From positions 3,183-67,182 of the forward strand of contig VBBR01000032.1 of assembly GCA_005881615.1 (NCBI GenBank): a stretch of 64,000 nucleotides of DNA, read 5' to 3'. The stretch comes from Candidatus Bathyarchaeota archaeon. Lineage in GTDB: Archaea > Thermoproteota > Bathyarchaeia > 40CM-2-53-6. Positions 45,446 through 54,382 of this stretch are shown one piece after another (the first letter of the stretch is position 1; every line of letters starts with the position of its first letter). Under the pieces are notes generated by a model. That model worked only from the letters and a program-made list of their open reading frames with translations, was not told where the DNA came from and ran no database searches. A program made the position numbers and the translations under genes.

Positions 45446-45955
45446 ATGAGGAGGTTCGGTTGTGGAGCCATGGCGTCGCCTAGAGGAACCGTGGGCCTTC
45501 GAATCTTAGCATACGGGTCAGCCCTCTCAACCTACGTGTTAATAGTCATTGGCGGCTATGTTGTCTTCAGTGGCTCTGGGGTTGCATGCGGCAGTTCGGG
45601 CCCAGATTCATGGCCATTATGCAATGGGCAGGCGCTCCCGACACTCTCAGGACCCGTTCTCGTGGAATGGACACATCGGCTTTTCACACTAGTCGTTGGA
45701 CTTTTCGTGCTCGGGACCACGGTAATTGCATGGTCACGACATAGACAGGAAAAGAGAATTCTCCAGCTCTCAACCATCAGCTCACTTGTTCTCCTCGGCC
45801 AAATCTTGCTGGGTATGGCGACCGTCAAGACGGGTCTTGACCCTCTAGTAAGCACAGCTCACCTGGCCGTTGCTTCCGCACTATTAGCAGTAGTAATGCT
45901 AAACGCGATTACGGTAAGACGATTCACCACCTCATCGGATTTGGTTCTGAGGTAG
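45446..45955 (+). CDS. short 4-TM haem A synthase-like protein (CtaA/Cox15 family, single-module type)
   Basis: Four predicted TM helices, a Cys pair in the first external loop (GVACGSSGPDSWPLCNG), His residues in TM2/TM4; located immediately upstream of coxB/coxA. Confidence 0.45.
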   Translation: MRRFGCGAMASPRGTVGLRILAYGSALSTYVLIVIGGYVVFSGSGVACGSSGPDSWPLCNGQALPTLSGPVLVEWTHRLFTLVVGLFVLGTTVIAWSRHRQEKRILQLSTISSLVLLGQILLGMATVKTGLDPLVSTAHLAVASALLAVVMLNAITVRRFTTSSDLVLR

Positions 45956-46005
45956 TCCCGGTTTGCTTTCGTTATAGTCAGTGCATAACGCTTTAAAAAT
46001 GAAGG

Positions 46006-46743
46006 ATGGGCACGAGGAAAAAGCAAGAGACCCAGAAGATGGCGTTCTCCAACACGGAAGTTGTCTTCAACAATCTGTTCAGCCTCTTCACGTATCTAGC
46101 GGTTCTTGTTGGAGTTATCGTCTTCGCTCTGATGGCATTTCTAATCATCAAATACAGAGAAAGGAAAAACTCTCAGGACCCAGAGGATACCCCGAGACTC
46201 GGACGCATCCCGATAGTTAGAGGTCACGGTAGGAACGTCCTAATCACCGTTTCTCTATCAACAATCATCCTGCTTGCACTGATCATTGGGTCCTTCGCCG
46301 CCGTAGATACCTTGTTGACCCCGCCGAACGGAACTTGGTGCTATGGACTTTATCCCGGATATGGCGCACAATCCCCGCTCAACCAAGACTGCCCCCGAAT
46401 CGATGTCACCGGGCATCAATTCTATTGGGAGTTCTCGTACCCTCACGCGCTCCCTCATGCACCTCTCTACACTGAGAAGTATGTCTTTCGAGTACCGAAA
46501 GATGCAACCGTAGTCATAGATGTGACAAGTGCTGACGTCTTCCACGATTTTGGCATTATCCCATTCAAGATCAAGACGGACGCGATACCAGGACGTGTGA
46601 ATACAATTTGGTTTCAACCTTACCAGAATGGCACATATCTAATCCAGTGCTTCGAGCTGTGCGGATCTGGACACTACTACATGAATGCCACACTGATCGT
46701 AATGCAAGTTCCCCAGTTCCAAGCATGGTACAATTCGACTTAG
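46006..46743 (+). CDS. coxB: haem-copper oxidase subunit II (CuA cupredoxin domain)
   Basis: Two N-terminal TM helices then HDFGIIPF...LIQCFELCGSGHYYMNATLIVM (CuA ligands H, C-x-E-x-C, H, M). Confidence 0.85.
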   Translation: MGTRKKQETQKMAFSNTEVVFNNLFSLFTYLAVLVGVIVFALMAFLIIKYRERKNSQDPEDTPRLGRIPIVRGHGRNVLITVSLSTIILLALIIGSFAAVDTLLTPPNGTWCYGLYPGYGAQSPLNQDCPRIDVTGHQFYWEFSYPHALPHAPLYTEKYVFRVPKDATVVIDVTSADVFHDFGIIPFKIKTDAIPGRVNTIWFQPYQNGTYLIQCFELCGSGHYYMNATLIVMQVPQFQAWYNST

Positions 46744-46752
46744 AGGGTTTCA

Positions 46753-49176
46753 ATGAGCCCGGAACAATTGCCAGCCCGAATTCGCAGATGGCTGTATACT
46801 ACTAACCATAAGGAAATTGGTATCCTATACCTAATCACTTCACTATTCTTTTTCGTCGCAGCAGGTGTATTGGCCCTCACCATGAGGAGTCAACTGTCGG
46901 TCCCGGACAATCATCTTTTGAGCGCGGATCTCTTCAACCAGTTTGTAACCGTTCATGGGCTCCTGATGGTCTTCTGGGTCCTTTCACCCTTCGCCTTTGG
47001 TTTTGCCAACTACATCATTCCTTTGCAAATCGGTGCGAGAGACCTCGCGTTTCCAAGGTTGAACGCGATGAGCTACTGGTTCTACTTGGTCAGTGGTGCA
47101 GCGATGATGATGAGCTTCTTTTTCGGCGGAGCCCCGGACCTCGGCTGGACCCTCTATTCTCCTCAGACTTCGTTCAAGTTCACCCCTACAATCGGATTGA
47201 ACCTTGGGGCCGCAGGGCTCATTCTCATCGTCGTCTCGATAACGATGAGCTCCGTGAACTTTCTAGTGACGATGTTCAAAATGCGAGCACCAGGAATGAA
47301 ACTGAAACACATGCCAGTCTTTCCCTGGGCCATCCTCATCACCATTTTCATGATGCTGTACGCCTTCCCCTCGTTCCTTGCAGCGCTCCTTTTGCTGTAT
47401 GTCGATAGAGCGTTTGGAACGTTCTATTTCTCCTCGATTCAAGGTGGAGCTCTCCTGTGGGACAATGTTTTCTGGTTCTTCGGCCATCCAGAAGTGTACA
47501 TCGTCCTGTTTCCTGCGATAGGTGTAATCGCAGACGCCATTTCCACCTTTACAAGACGACCACTATACGGAAGCAAGTACATCATCGGCTCGATGATAGC
47601 CGCTGCCATAATCAGTTTCATCGTCTGGGGTCATCACATGTTCGTGACCGGAATCGGGCTAACTTCCACAAAACTATACACTGTTACGACAATCGCCGTC
47701 TCACTACCCTTCGACGTAATGGTCATTGCGATGATAGAAACACTAGTAAAGGCTCGAGTAAGACTCAAAGCAGCTGCTCTCTTCACATTGGGAGCCGTTG
47801 CGTTATTTGTTATCGGCGGCATAACAGGCGTGTACCTGGCATCGGTCGCTCTCGATCACGCCCTTAGAGGCACGTATTTCGTCGTCGCTCACTTCCACTA
47901 CATCATGGTTGGTGCAAGCATCATGGGACTCATCGGAGGCTTGTACTATTGGTTTCCGAAAATGACTGGTAGAATGTATAACGAGGGCCTCGCGAAAATT
48001 CACTTCATCTTCTCCTTCATCGGTTTCAACATTCTCTACTTCCCGATGTTCCTCCTCTTAGACATGCCAAGGAGAATTGCTACCTACGCGCCAAGCACCG
48101 GGTGGGCCGCTTTGAATTTGATGTCGACGGTTGGGGGTTTCATCTTCGGATTAGCCCAGATACTTCTATTCGTCAACTTGTTCGCTAGCCTGCGAAGAGG
48201 CTCAATTTCTGGCCCCAACCCTTGGGAGGCTTGGACCCTAGAATGGTCCCTTCCTTCACCGCCACCGGCTCACGACTTCGACACGATCCCCGCTATTGCG
48301 GAAGATGGAACGTATCATTTTGGGAACAGTTCTGGCTATCCCAACGGATCCGGCTATCCGAATGGTTCGAAGATGGGAAATGGCACCGTCCATTCGCATC
48401 TCGAAGGACAAAGCCCTTGGCCCGTTGTTGTAGCGTTCGCGGCCTTCATCTTCTTCCTCGGAATTACAATTGGGCAACCAAGCAACCCAAGTGTACCAGT
48501 CACATTCCAGCCTTTCTGGCCCTTGGTTCTAGATGGGGCGATCTTGGGAGTGATAGCGCTGTATGGCTATAGTCGGGAGAGGTTCTCCGTACACGAAGAG
48601 ACCAATGTTGAGAGCTGGCCCTTCCGAGAGGTTCCAAACGTAAAACTCGGAATCTGGACGTTTCTGGGTGCAGAGGTTATCTTCTTCGGGGTCCTCATTG
48701 GCGCGTACTTCTTTGTCAGAACAAACTCCGCCACCTGGCCAGCAGTCGGCTCATTGTTTGAGGTTCGAAGCGGTTTTGCTATGACACTTGTCCTGCTTAC
48801 AAGCAGTCTTACCGCGATCATGGCCCTCGTCTCGGCAAAAGTTGGATCCCGTAACGGCTTGATGGCAAGTTTATTCGCTACTTTTGGATTGGGAGTTGCG
48901 TTTCTCTACATCAAGGCAACAGAGTGGATCTCTCTTGGAGCAAATGGGGTTTTTTCAGTCGCAAACGGTCTTCCGGCAACCAGCTATTTCATCACAACTG
49001 GGGTACACGGAGTGCACGTTTTCGCCGGCATGCTGATGACGCTGTATTTGCTAGTCAACGCCCTAAAGGGCCGCTATCTCAAGGGAGACTATCATGCTAT
49101 CGAGCATTTTGGTCTCTATTGGCACTTCGTCGATATCGTCTGGGTGTTCCTCTTCCCCTTGTTCTATCTCATCTAG
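46753..49176 (+). CDS. haem-copper oxidase subunit I fused to subunit III
   Basis: WFFGHPEVYIVLFPAIG and the conserved His ligands of subunit I. C-terminal ~250 aa (…YWHFVDIVWVFLFPLFYLI) correspond to subunit III. 807 aa, with an Asn/Gly/Ser-rich periplasmic linker (GNSSGYPNGSGYPNGSKMGNGT). Confidence 0.9.
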   Translation: MSPEQLPARIRRWLYTTNHKEIGILYLITSLFFFVAAGVLALTMRSQLSVPDNHLLSADLFNQFVTVHGLLMVFWVLSPFAFGFANYIIPLQIGARDLAFPRLNAMSYWFYLVSGAAMMMSFFFGGAPDLGWTLYSPQTSFKFTPTIGLNLGAAGLILIVVSITMSSVNFLVTMFKMRAPGMKLKHMPVFPWAILITIFMMLYAFPSFLAALLLLYVDRAFGTFYFSSIQGGALLWDNVFWFFGHPEVYIVLFPAIGVIADAISTFTRRPLYGSKYIIGSMIAAAIISFIVWGHHMFVTGIGLTSTKLYTVTTIAVSLPFDVMVIAMIETLVKARVRLKAAALFTLGAVALFVIGGITGVYLASVALDHALRGTYFVVAHFHYIMVGASIMGLIGGLYYWFPKMTGRMYNEGLAKIHFIFSFIGFNILYFPMFLLLDMPRRIATYAPSTGWAALNLMSTVGGFIFGLAQILLFVNLFASLRRGSISGPNPWEAWTLEWSLPSPPPAHDFDTIPAIAEDGTYHFGNSSGYPNGSGYPNGSKMGNGTVHSHLEGQSPWPVVVAFAAFIFFLGITIGQPSNPSVPVTFQPFWPLVLDGAILGVIALYGYSRERFSVHEETNVESWPFREVPNVKLGIWTFLGAEVIFFGVLIGAYFFVRTNSATWPAVGSLFEVRSGFAMTLVLLTSSLTAIMALVSAKVGSRNGLMASLFATFGLGVAFLYIKATEWISLGANGVFSVANGLPATSYFITTGVHGVHVFAGMLMTLYLLVNALKGRYLKGDYHAIEHFGLYWHFVDIVWVFLFPLFYLI

Positions 49177-49184
49177 GTGATCCA

Positions 49185-49496
49185 ATGAACACCACATACC
49201 TCTACCTTCTCGTCTTCGCAATTCTTGTGGGAAGCACCGACATCGAAGTCAACATAGTCGCCTTGTATCCATCAGCCCCAAGTAATGGGGTAATGCTGTT
49301 TGGAACGATTGCGCTTTCATACGGAGTTATCGTAAGCATTCTACTCGGTTTGGCTGGGATGAAGGCGCTCCTGATAGCGTTGTTCTACCAGCATCTAAAA
49401 TATGAGCCTAAGTCCCTATCATCATGGGTCCTCATCGGGCTCGTCATGGCCTCACTTCTAATGTCATTAGTCTTCATACAGCTGCATGTTCACTAA
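49185..49496 (+). CDS. small 3-TM membrane protein (possible oxidase accessory subunit)
   Basis: 103 aa starting MNTTYLYLLVFAILVG, 9 nt after the coxI/III stop. The ORF-track entry 48924..49496 is extended 5' into the coxI/III gene. Confidence 0.5.
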   Translation: MNTTYLYLLVFAILVGSTDIEVNIVALYPSAPSNGVMLFGTIALSYGVIVSILLGLAGMKALLIALFYQHLKYEPKSLSSWVLIGLVMASLLMSLVFIQLHVH

Positions 49497-49608
49497 GAAA
49501 CCGATAAGGACTGGGTCATTCGCCAGTTATGAATTCCAATTAGGGTACTGAGTTGAACGTCACCAAAGGACGCCCGCAAATCCGTCAGTCAAAGGCTGAG
49601 CGGTTTCG

Positions 49609-50457
49609 ATGAAGAATGGTGTATTTTCCGGTGGAACTCGATTATTGAATAGTGCTCTTCTCGGCGGTCTCATGGTGACCTTAGGAGTAGTCACTTATCC
49701 CTTCATAGATGCTCTTGGTCTTTCGCTGGGCATCGGAAACGACGGTTTTGTGGTGAGCTACGCCTATTTGACGCTAGGCCTTACAGTAACCGGATCTCTC
49801 ATTCTATTCTACTGCGCAACCAGAATCCTGACCGATTGGTCGTATGGCGAGAAGTCTATGAATTCGTTGTCTAGCCTCTCAATCCTCGGTCAAGTCTTTG
49901 CAAGGAGGCAATATTCTCGATTATTCCTGTTGTCAGCCCTTGTGTACGGTGCATTCTACGCACTCGCTTCTGGAATGATCGTCTTTCAACCTGCCTTAGA
50001 CTTCTCAGAAGTTTATCATGTGGGCATACCTTCGCTGTCAATCGCCACCTGTTGCGGGCCATTCGGAGAAACCCCAGAGATGGTCATTTACGTTACCCAA
50101 CATCTAGGGCTTCTCTTGGTTCCAGTCAACCTGCTCCTCCTCTTCTCAATTTCGTGGCTTGTTGGTCTAAACGCAAGTTTCGCAGCGTTCGCTCTGTCAT
50201 TTCGAACCAAGAACATCGGATCGAGCTGGATTGGAGGGGCAGGTGCATTCCTCGGCCTTTTTTCCTCGTGTCCGACTTGTGCGGGACTCGCTATTATCGC
50301 GCTCTTCGGTGGGACCGGGACATTATCCGCTGCATTCTTTCTCGGACCTCTTCAGGCCCTGTTCGTTGGTCTCAGCATACCAATACTCATAGGAGCCCCG
50401 ATAATGTCCGCGCGATCGTTACGTAACCTCGAAGGCCAAGGTTGTCCGAGACCTTAG
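49609..50457 (+). CDS. polytopic membrane protein with CPTC motif
   Basis: 282 aa, about 8 TM helices; ...LFSSCPTCAGLAIIALFGG... Unknown family; position suggests an oxidase-associated (copper handling or assembly) role. Confidence 0.5.
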   Translation: MKNGVFSGGTRLLNSALLGGLMVTLGVVTYPFIDALGLSLGIGNDGFVVSYAYLTLGLTVTGSLILFYCATRILTDWSYGEKSMNSLSSLSILGQVFARRQYSRLFLLSALVYGAFYALASGMIVFQPALDFSEVYHVGIPSLSIATCCGPFGETPEMVIYVTQHLGLLLVPVNLLLLFSISWLVGLNASFAAFALSFRTKNIGSSWIGGAGAFLGLFSSCPTCAGLAIIALFGGTGTLSAAFFLGPLQALFVGLSIPILIGAPIMSARSLRNLEGQGCPRP

Positions 50458-50562
50458 TATCGAAGAGACCACGACTGGAATTAGTGCCGGCACTTTATCC
50501 GATCAAACGGTAAACATAGAAAAAAGGAGGTGGGATTCTTGCATCAACGATCCAGGGTCAGT

Positions 50563-50994
50563 TTAGTTTACGTTTATGATGCCTTTCATCCACGCGTGGA
50601 TGGTGCAGTAGTAGTGGTAAGTGCCCTTTACCGTGAATGTGTGGGAGTAGGTCCCGCCGTGTGCGATGGAGTTGGAGGTAAACGTGTCCAAGCCGTTCGC
50701 GTTCAAAGTGGAATTAGTCCCTACCGTGTGATTGACGCCCCCGTCGTTTCTCCAGAAGACCGCCGCGCCGTTTACGGTGGCATTATATGATGCCGGATTG
50801 AAGAGGCAACTAGCGTCGTTGAGACCGCACGCTGTGTCGTCTTGAATAATGACGTTCGCGTTCGTCGGGGTCTGTTGCGTGAGAATGTAAGCTGCGACGC
50901 CGACAACGATCAGTATTACTACGACTATCGCGATGAGCTTCCATGTCATGCTCTTAGGCTTCGATGGTTCAGGTGGTTTTGGTGTTGTTTCCAT
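50563..50994 (-). CDS. membrane-anchored plastocyanin/azurin-like blue copper protein
   Basis: N-terminal TM anchor, then a cupredoxin signature ...YHYYCTIHAWMKGIINVN (C-x2-H-x2-M) with an upstream His (NHTVG). Confidence 0.75.
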   Translation of the reverse strand: METTPKPPEPSKPKSMTWKLIAIVVVILIVVGVAAYILTQQTPTNANVIIQDDTACGLNDASCLFNPASYNATVNGAAVFWRNDGGVNHTVGTNSTLNANGLDTFTSNSIAHGGTYSHTFTVKGTYHYYCTIHAWMKGIINVN

Positions 50995-51152
50995 TTTTTT
51001 CCCTTGATTCGAGTCGGGTTTCCTGCTTTTGGTATAAAGGTTGTTTCAAGCATCTACATACCGATAATCAAGGATGGGATCTGTGGGGTTGCAACCGATT
51101 AAATATGAGCACGGACACTAGCTATCTGAAATCCTAATGAGATGATGGTTGA

Positions 51153-52085
51153 ATGAGCGTCTTTCCTCCGGTCTTCAAGAGTTGGCGGGGCCCGATACAG
51201 GACAAGATTGACAATACTCTTGAAACGAATTTCGATCGAGAAGAAGCGAATCAGATTATCAAGTATATGTTCAAGACTGGGGGGAAACGTTGCAGGCCAT
51301 TGTTGGTCATTCTTTCAACGAAGGCGTTCGGAGGAGACCCTAATGAGGCGCTGGATGCTGCCGCAGCGCTTGAGATAATTCACGCTGCCACTCTCGTCTT
51401 TGACGATCTGATCGACAAGGACCAGGTTCGGAGGGGCGCTCCGTCAGTTCATATGGCGTTTAGCAACGAGAAAGCCTTGACCTCGGGATTATTTCTGGCG
51501 TCCAAAGGTGTTCAGCTCTTGTCGAATTACAAGAACGCAGAGGTCATGAGGATGATCGGCTCGACGCTCGTGGACGTAAGTAGGGGAGAGCTTCTAGACA
51601 TTATTTCCGACTTGAATGCGAGCGTAAGCGAGTGTATTGCGATTGCTGATTTGAAAACAGCATCTCTGTTCGGAAGCGCCGCTGGTATCGGAGCTGCAAT
51701 TGCCGGAGTAGAGGGAAAGGATCTTGTCAGCATGCAAAAATTTGGGCGGTCAGGTGGAATGGCGTTTCAGATTCAAGATGACGTACTGGACTTCCACAAC
51801 GGTTCCGGGGAACAGCTGTTGAAGGGACCGAACATTGTGACTTCCCACTGTCTTCATGAAGCACCACGTCCCAACCATAACTCAGACGTATTGAACTCGA
51901 ACAACGGTCACAGCAACAGAGAGGTCCTTCGATTTTTGAAAAAAACCGGCTCTCTAGAATTCGCACGAAAACGCGCGAGAGACTACGCAATCGAAGCAAA
52001 GGCATCGTTGCGGAAGGTAAAACGGTTGAGAAACCGGAAGATTCTCGAAGAATACGCCGATTATCTGTGGAAGAGGAAGGAATAG
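51153..52085 (+). CDS. polyprenyl (geranylgeranyl) diphosphate synthase
   Basis: First Asp-rich motif LVFDDLIDKD, second FQIQDDVLDF. Confidence 0.8.
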   Translation: MSVFPPVFKSWRGPIQDKIDNTLETNFDREEANQIIKYMFKTGGKRCRPLLVILSTKAFGGDPNEALDAAAALEIIHAATLVFDDLIDKDQVRRGAPSVHMAFSNEKALTSGLFLASKGVQLLSNYKNAEVMRMIGSTLVDVSRGELLDIISDLNASVSECIAIADLKTASLFGSAAGIGAAIAGVEGKDLVSMQKFGRSGGMAFQIQDDVLDFHNGSGEQLLKGPNIVTSHCLHEAPRPNHNSDVLNSNNGHSNREVLRFLKKTGSLEFARKRARDYAIEAKASLRKVKRLRNRKILEEYADYLWKRKE

Positions 52086-52165
52086 GCGCAGAATTACTCT
52101 CTAACTCAAACGTTTATAATAGCTAAACTCCCGGTGGCTCGAAGATCGAACCACGGGTCCAAAAA

Positions 52166-52537
52166 ATGGTCGCACAGGGAATCCCGGAGATCGGAGCCTA
52201 CATTGGTTTTCTCTTCGTCTCGACCGTCGCTCTCATCATCGTTCTAAGACTCCTGGTTACACCGCGAGATCCTCGACCGACCCCTGAAAAGAAGAAACCA
52301 TTCGAATCAGGCCAGATCGCGATCGGACCTGGTAGGACCCGATTCATCATCCAGTACTATCCATACCTCTTGATGTTCGTTGTCTATGACGTTATGGCCA
52401 TGTTCCTGTTCGCTTGGGGACTGAATCTAAGGGCTCTTGGCGAGGCAGGGTCCCTTCCAGTTCTCGTCTTCATCGTCGTGCTCTTGATTCCCCTTGGGTA
52501 CGCGCTCCACCTCGCCGATCATCGGGAGAACTGGTAG
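52166..52537 (+). CDS. nuoA: NADH-quinone oxidoreductase subunit A
   Basis: 3-TM, ...PFESGQIAIGPGRTRFIIQYYPYLLMFVVYDV... matches NuoA/ND3. Confidence 0.8.
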   Translation: MVAQGIPEIGAYIGFLFVSTVALIIVLRLLVTPRDPRPTPEKKKPFESGQIAIGPGRTRFIIQYYPYLLMFVVYDVMAMFLFAWGLNLRALGEAGSLPVLVFIVVLLIPLGYALHLADHRENW

Positions 52538-52552
52538 GAGCTTACACCAAAC

Positions 52553-53560
52553 TTGGCGCCAATGCTGGGCCCGCTGCAACCTCTAGTTGACATGATCACA
52601 AGTCCGCTTTTCCTCATGATTGTGCTCTTTCCAGGCCTAACTTCGATCGCGATCATAGGCGCACTTCTCGGATGGTTAGAGCGCAAGGTGACTGCCCGAG
52701 TGCAACTTCGCATCGGCCCTCTGTACGCAAGCCCAGCTGGCGGGATTCTTCAGATGTTTGCGGATCTGATCAAGCTCTCGTTCAAGGAACTGTTCGTTCC
52801 AGAGAATTCCGACGCCTTCTTCTTCATAATGGCTCCAACTACTGGGCTCGTCATCGGAGCCGCCCTCGTGGGGCTTATCCCATTCGCACCAGGACTTCAA
52901 ATCGCGAACATCGAGGTTGGGCTTCCCGCCTTCCTAGCAATCATCACCCTATCTCCCAGCCTCGTGCTTCTCGCGGGATGGAGTGCGAATAGCAAATTCC
53001 CATTTATCGGTGGACTGCGAGCGCTCTTCCAACAAACAGCATATGAGATTCCCCTCTGGCTGTCCGCGCTTGGAGTGATCATGATGGCAGGATCACTGAA
53101 CCTGGCTCAGATTGTAGCGGCACAATCCGCCGGATGGTTCATCATTCCCCAGGCTCTGGGAGCTTTCATCTTCTTGGTCACTAGTGTCGCGGAGATGGAA
53201 AGACTGCCCTTCGACCTGCCCGAGGCGGAGTCTGAGATCATGATGGGTTGGCAGGCAGAATATCCTGGGGTCTTATTCCTCGCAGCCCAAGGCCCAGGCT
53301 TTGTGAAACTCTACGCTTTCTCAGCCCTCTTCACCACAATATACCTTGGGGGCTTCCTTGGACCGAGCTTTCTTCCCCCGCTGTTCTGGATGTTGCTGAA
53401 AACTCTCGTAATAATCGTCTTGATAATGTTGTTACGGTCGACCTTTCCCAGGGTCCGACTGGACCAGCTTCTCAGGGCGGGTTGGACAACTCTGCTCTCT
53501 CTCGCGATAGTCAACATAGGCGTAACCTACCTCTTGGTCGTAGGACTACCGACGTTCTAA
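52553..53560 (+). CDS. nuoH: NADH-quinone oxidoreductase subunit H
   Basis: ...GWLERKVTARVQLRIGPLYASPAGGILQMFADLIKLSFKE... canonical NuoH/ND1. Confidence 0.9.
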   Translation: MAPMLGPLQPLVDMITSPLFLMIVLFPGLTSIAIIGALLGWLERKVTARVQLRIGPLYASPAGGILQMFADLIKLSFKELFVPENSDAFFFIMAPTTGLVIGAALVGLIPFAPGLQIANIEVGLPAFLAIITLSPSLVLLAGWSANSKFPFIGGLRALFQQTAYEIPLWLSALGVIMMAGSLNLAQIVAAQSAGWFIIPQALGAFIFLVTSVAEMERLPFDLPEAESEIMMGWQAEYPGVLFLAAQGPGFVKLYAFSALFTTIYLGGFLGPSFLPPLFWMLLKTLVIIVLIMLLRSTFPRVRLDQLLRAGWTTLLSLAIVNIGVTYLLVVGLPTF

Positions 53561-53568
53561 TCCAAAAA

Positions 53569-54063
53569 ATGACAGACCTCTTGTTTCTAGCCTTCGCCGC
53601 AGTGACAATCGGCGCCGCAATCCTTGCGATCGAAGCAAGAGATCTAGTTTACGGTGCTGCGGCTCTCGGTATAGCATTCCTCGGGGTAGCAGGATTATTC
53701 TTTCTACTTGACGCGGCCTATGTAGGCTGGTTTCAGATTGCGGTCTACATTGGCGCGGTAGTTGTTCTGATTCTGTTCACGGTTATGCTCGTTGGGCCAA
53801 AGATGGGAGAAACACCGCTGGGGCTCAAACGAGTATCGCTCCTCGCAGCTATTCTGGTATCCTTGCTACTAGGAATGACCGGCGCACTAGCCAACGCAAC
53901 GGCATTTCCGGGACCAGACTCCTGCGGATCGGGTTGCAGTCTCACTCTGCTCAGTACTTCTCTTCTGAAGAGCTACGGAGTACAACTAGAGTTCATGTCT
54001 CTTGTGATGGCGGCTGCCGTAATTGGCGCGTTGGCATTGTCGAAGACAGATCGAGGGCAATGA
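53569..54063 (+). CDS. nuoJ: NADH-quinone oxidoreductase subunit J
   Basis: MTDLLFLAFAAVTIGAAILAIEARDLVYGAAALGIAFLGVAGLFFLLDAAYVGWFQIAVYIGAVVVL = NuoJ/ND6. The ORF-track entry 53248.. is extended upstream over the nuoH 3' end. Confidence 0.7.
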   Translation: MTDLLFLAFAAVTIGAAILAIEARDLVYGAAALGIAFLGVAGLFFLLDAAYVGWFQIAVYIGAVVVLILFTVMLVGPKMGETPLGLKRVSLLAAILVSLLLGMTGALANATAFPGPDSCGSGCSLTLLSTSLLKSYGVQLEFMSLVMAAAVIGALALSKTDRGQ

Positions 54064-54066
54064 CAA

Positions 54067-54375
54067 ATGGAGCCTCTGTCAAGCTTCTTCGCCGTTTCAG
54101 TAATTCTCCTCGGCATTGGAATCTACGGTCTTACGACAAAGCGGAACGCTATCCGAATTCTTTTCTCCGTAGAACTGATCTACAACGCAGCCAATCTCAA
54201 TATCATAGCCTTCGCGCGCCTCCGTAGTCCCCCCCTGGTTACCGGGCAGGTCCTAGTATTGTTCACTATCGCGCTCGCCGCGATGGAAGCTGCTGTCGGG
54301 CTCTCGATCATCATCCTAGTCTCGAGATTGAATGCCGAGATAGATCTCTCCAAACTTTCGAAGCTGAAAGGTTAG
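54067..54375 (+). CDS. nuoK: NADH-quinone oxidoreductase subunit K
   Basis: ...AIRILFSVELIYNAANLNIIAF... NuoK/ND4L. Confidence 0.8.
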   Translation: MEPLSSFFAVSVILLGIGIYGLTTKRNAIRILFSVELIYNAANLNIIAFARLRSPPLVTGQVLVLFTIALAAMEAAVGLSIIILVSRLNAEIDLSKLSKLKG

Positions 54376-54382
54376 ACCCGAA

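Noticed and set aside
47163-48821. Short ORFs on both strands inside coxI/III
   Set aside because: Embedded in a 807-aa conserved membrane-protein gene; no support.
48924-49184. 5' extension of the small membrane protein ORF (48924..49496)
   Set aside because: Overlaps the coxI/III C-terminus; a hydrophobic protein starting MNTTYLYL at 49185 is the plausible product.
50530-50790. 86-aa plus-strand ORF opposite the plastocyanin-like gene
   Set aside because: Antisense to a gene with a clear cupredoxin signature; Val/Gly-rich shadow.
53248-53568. 5' extension of the nuoJ ORF-track entry (53248..54063)
   Set aside because: Overlaps the 3' end of nuoH in another frame; NuoJ homology starts at the ATG at 53569.
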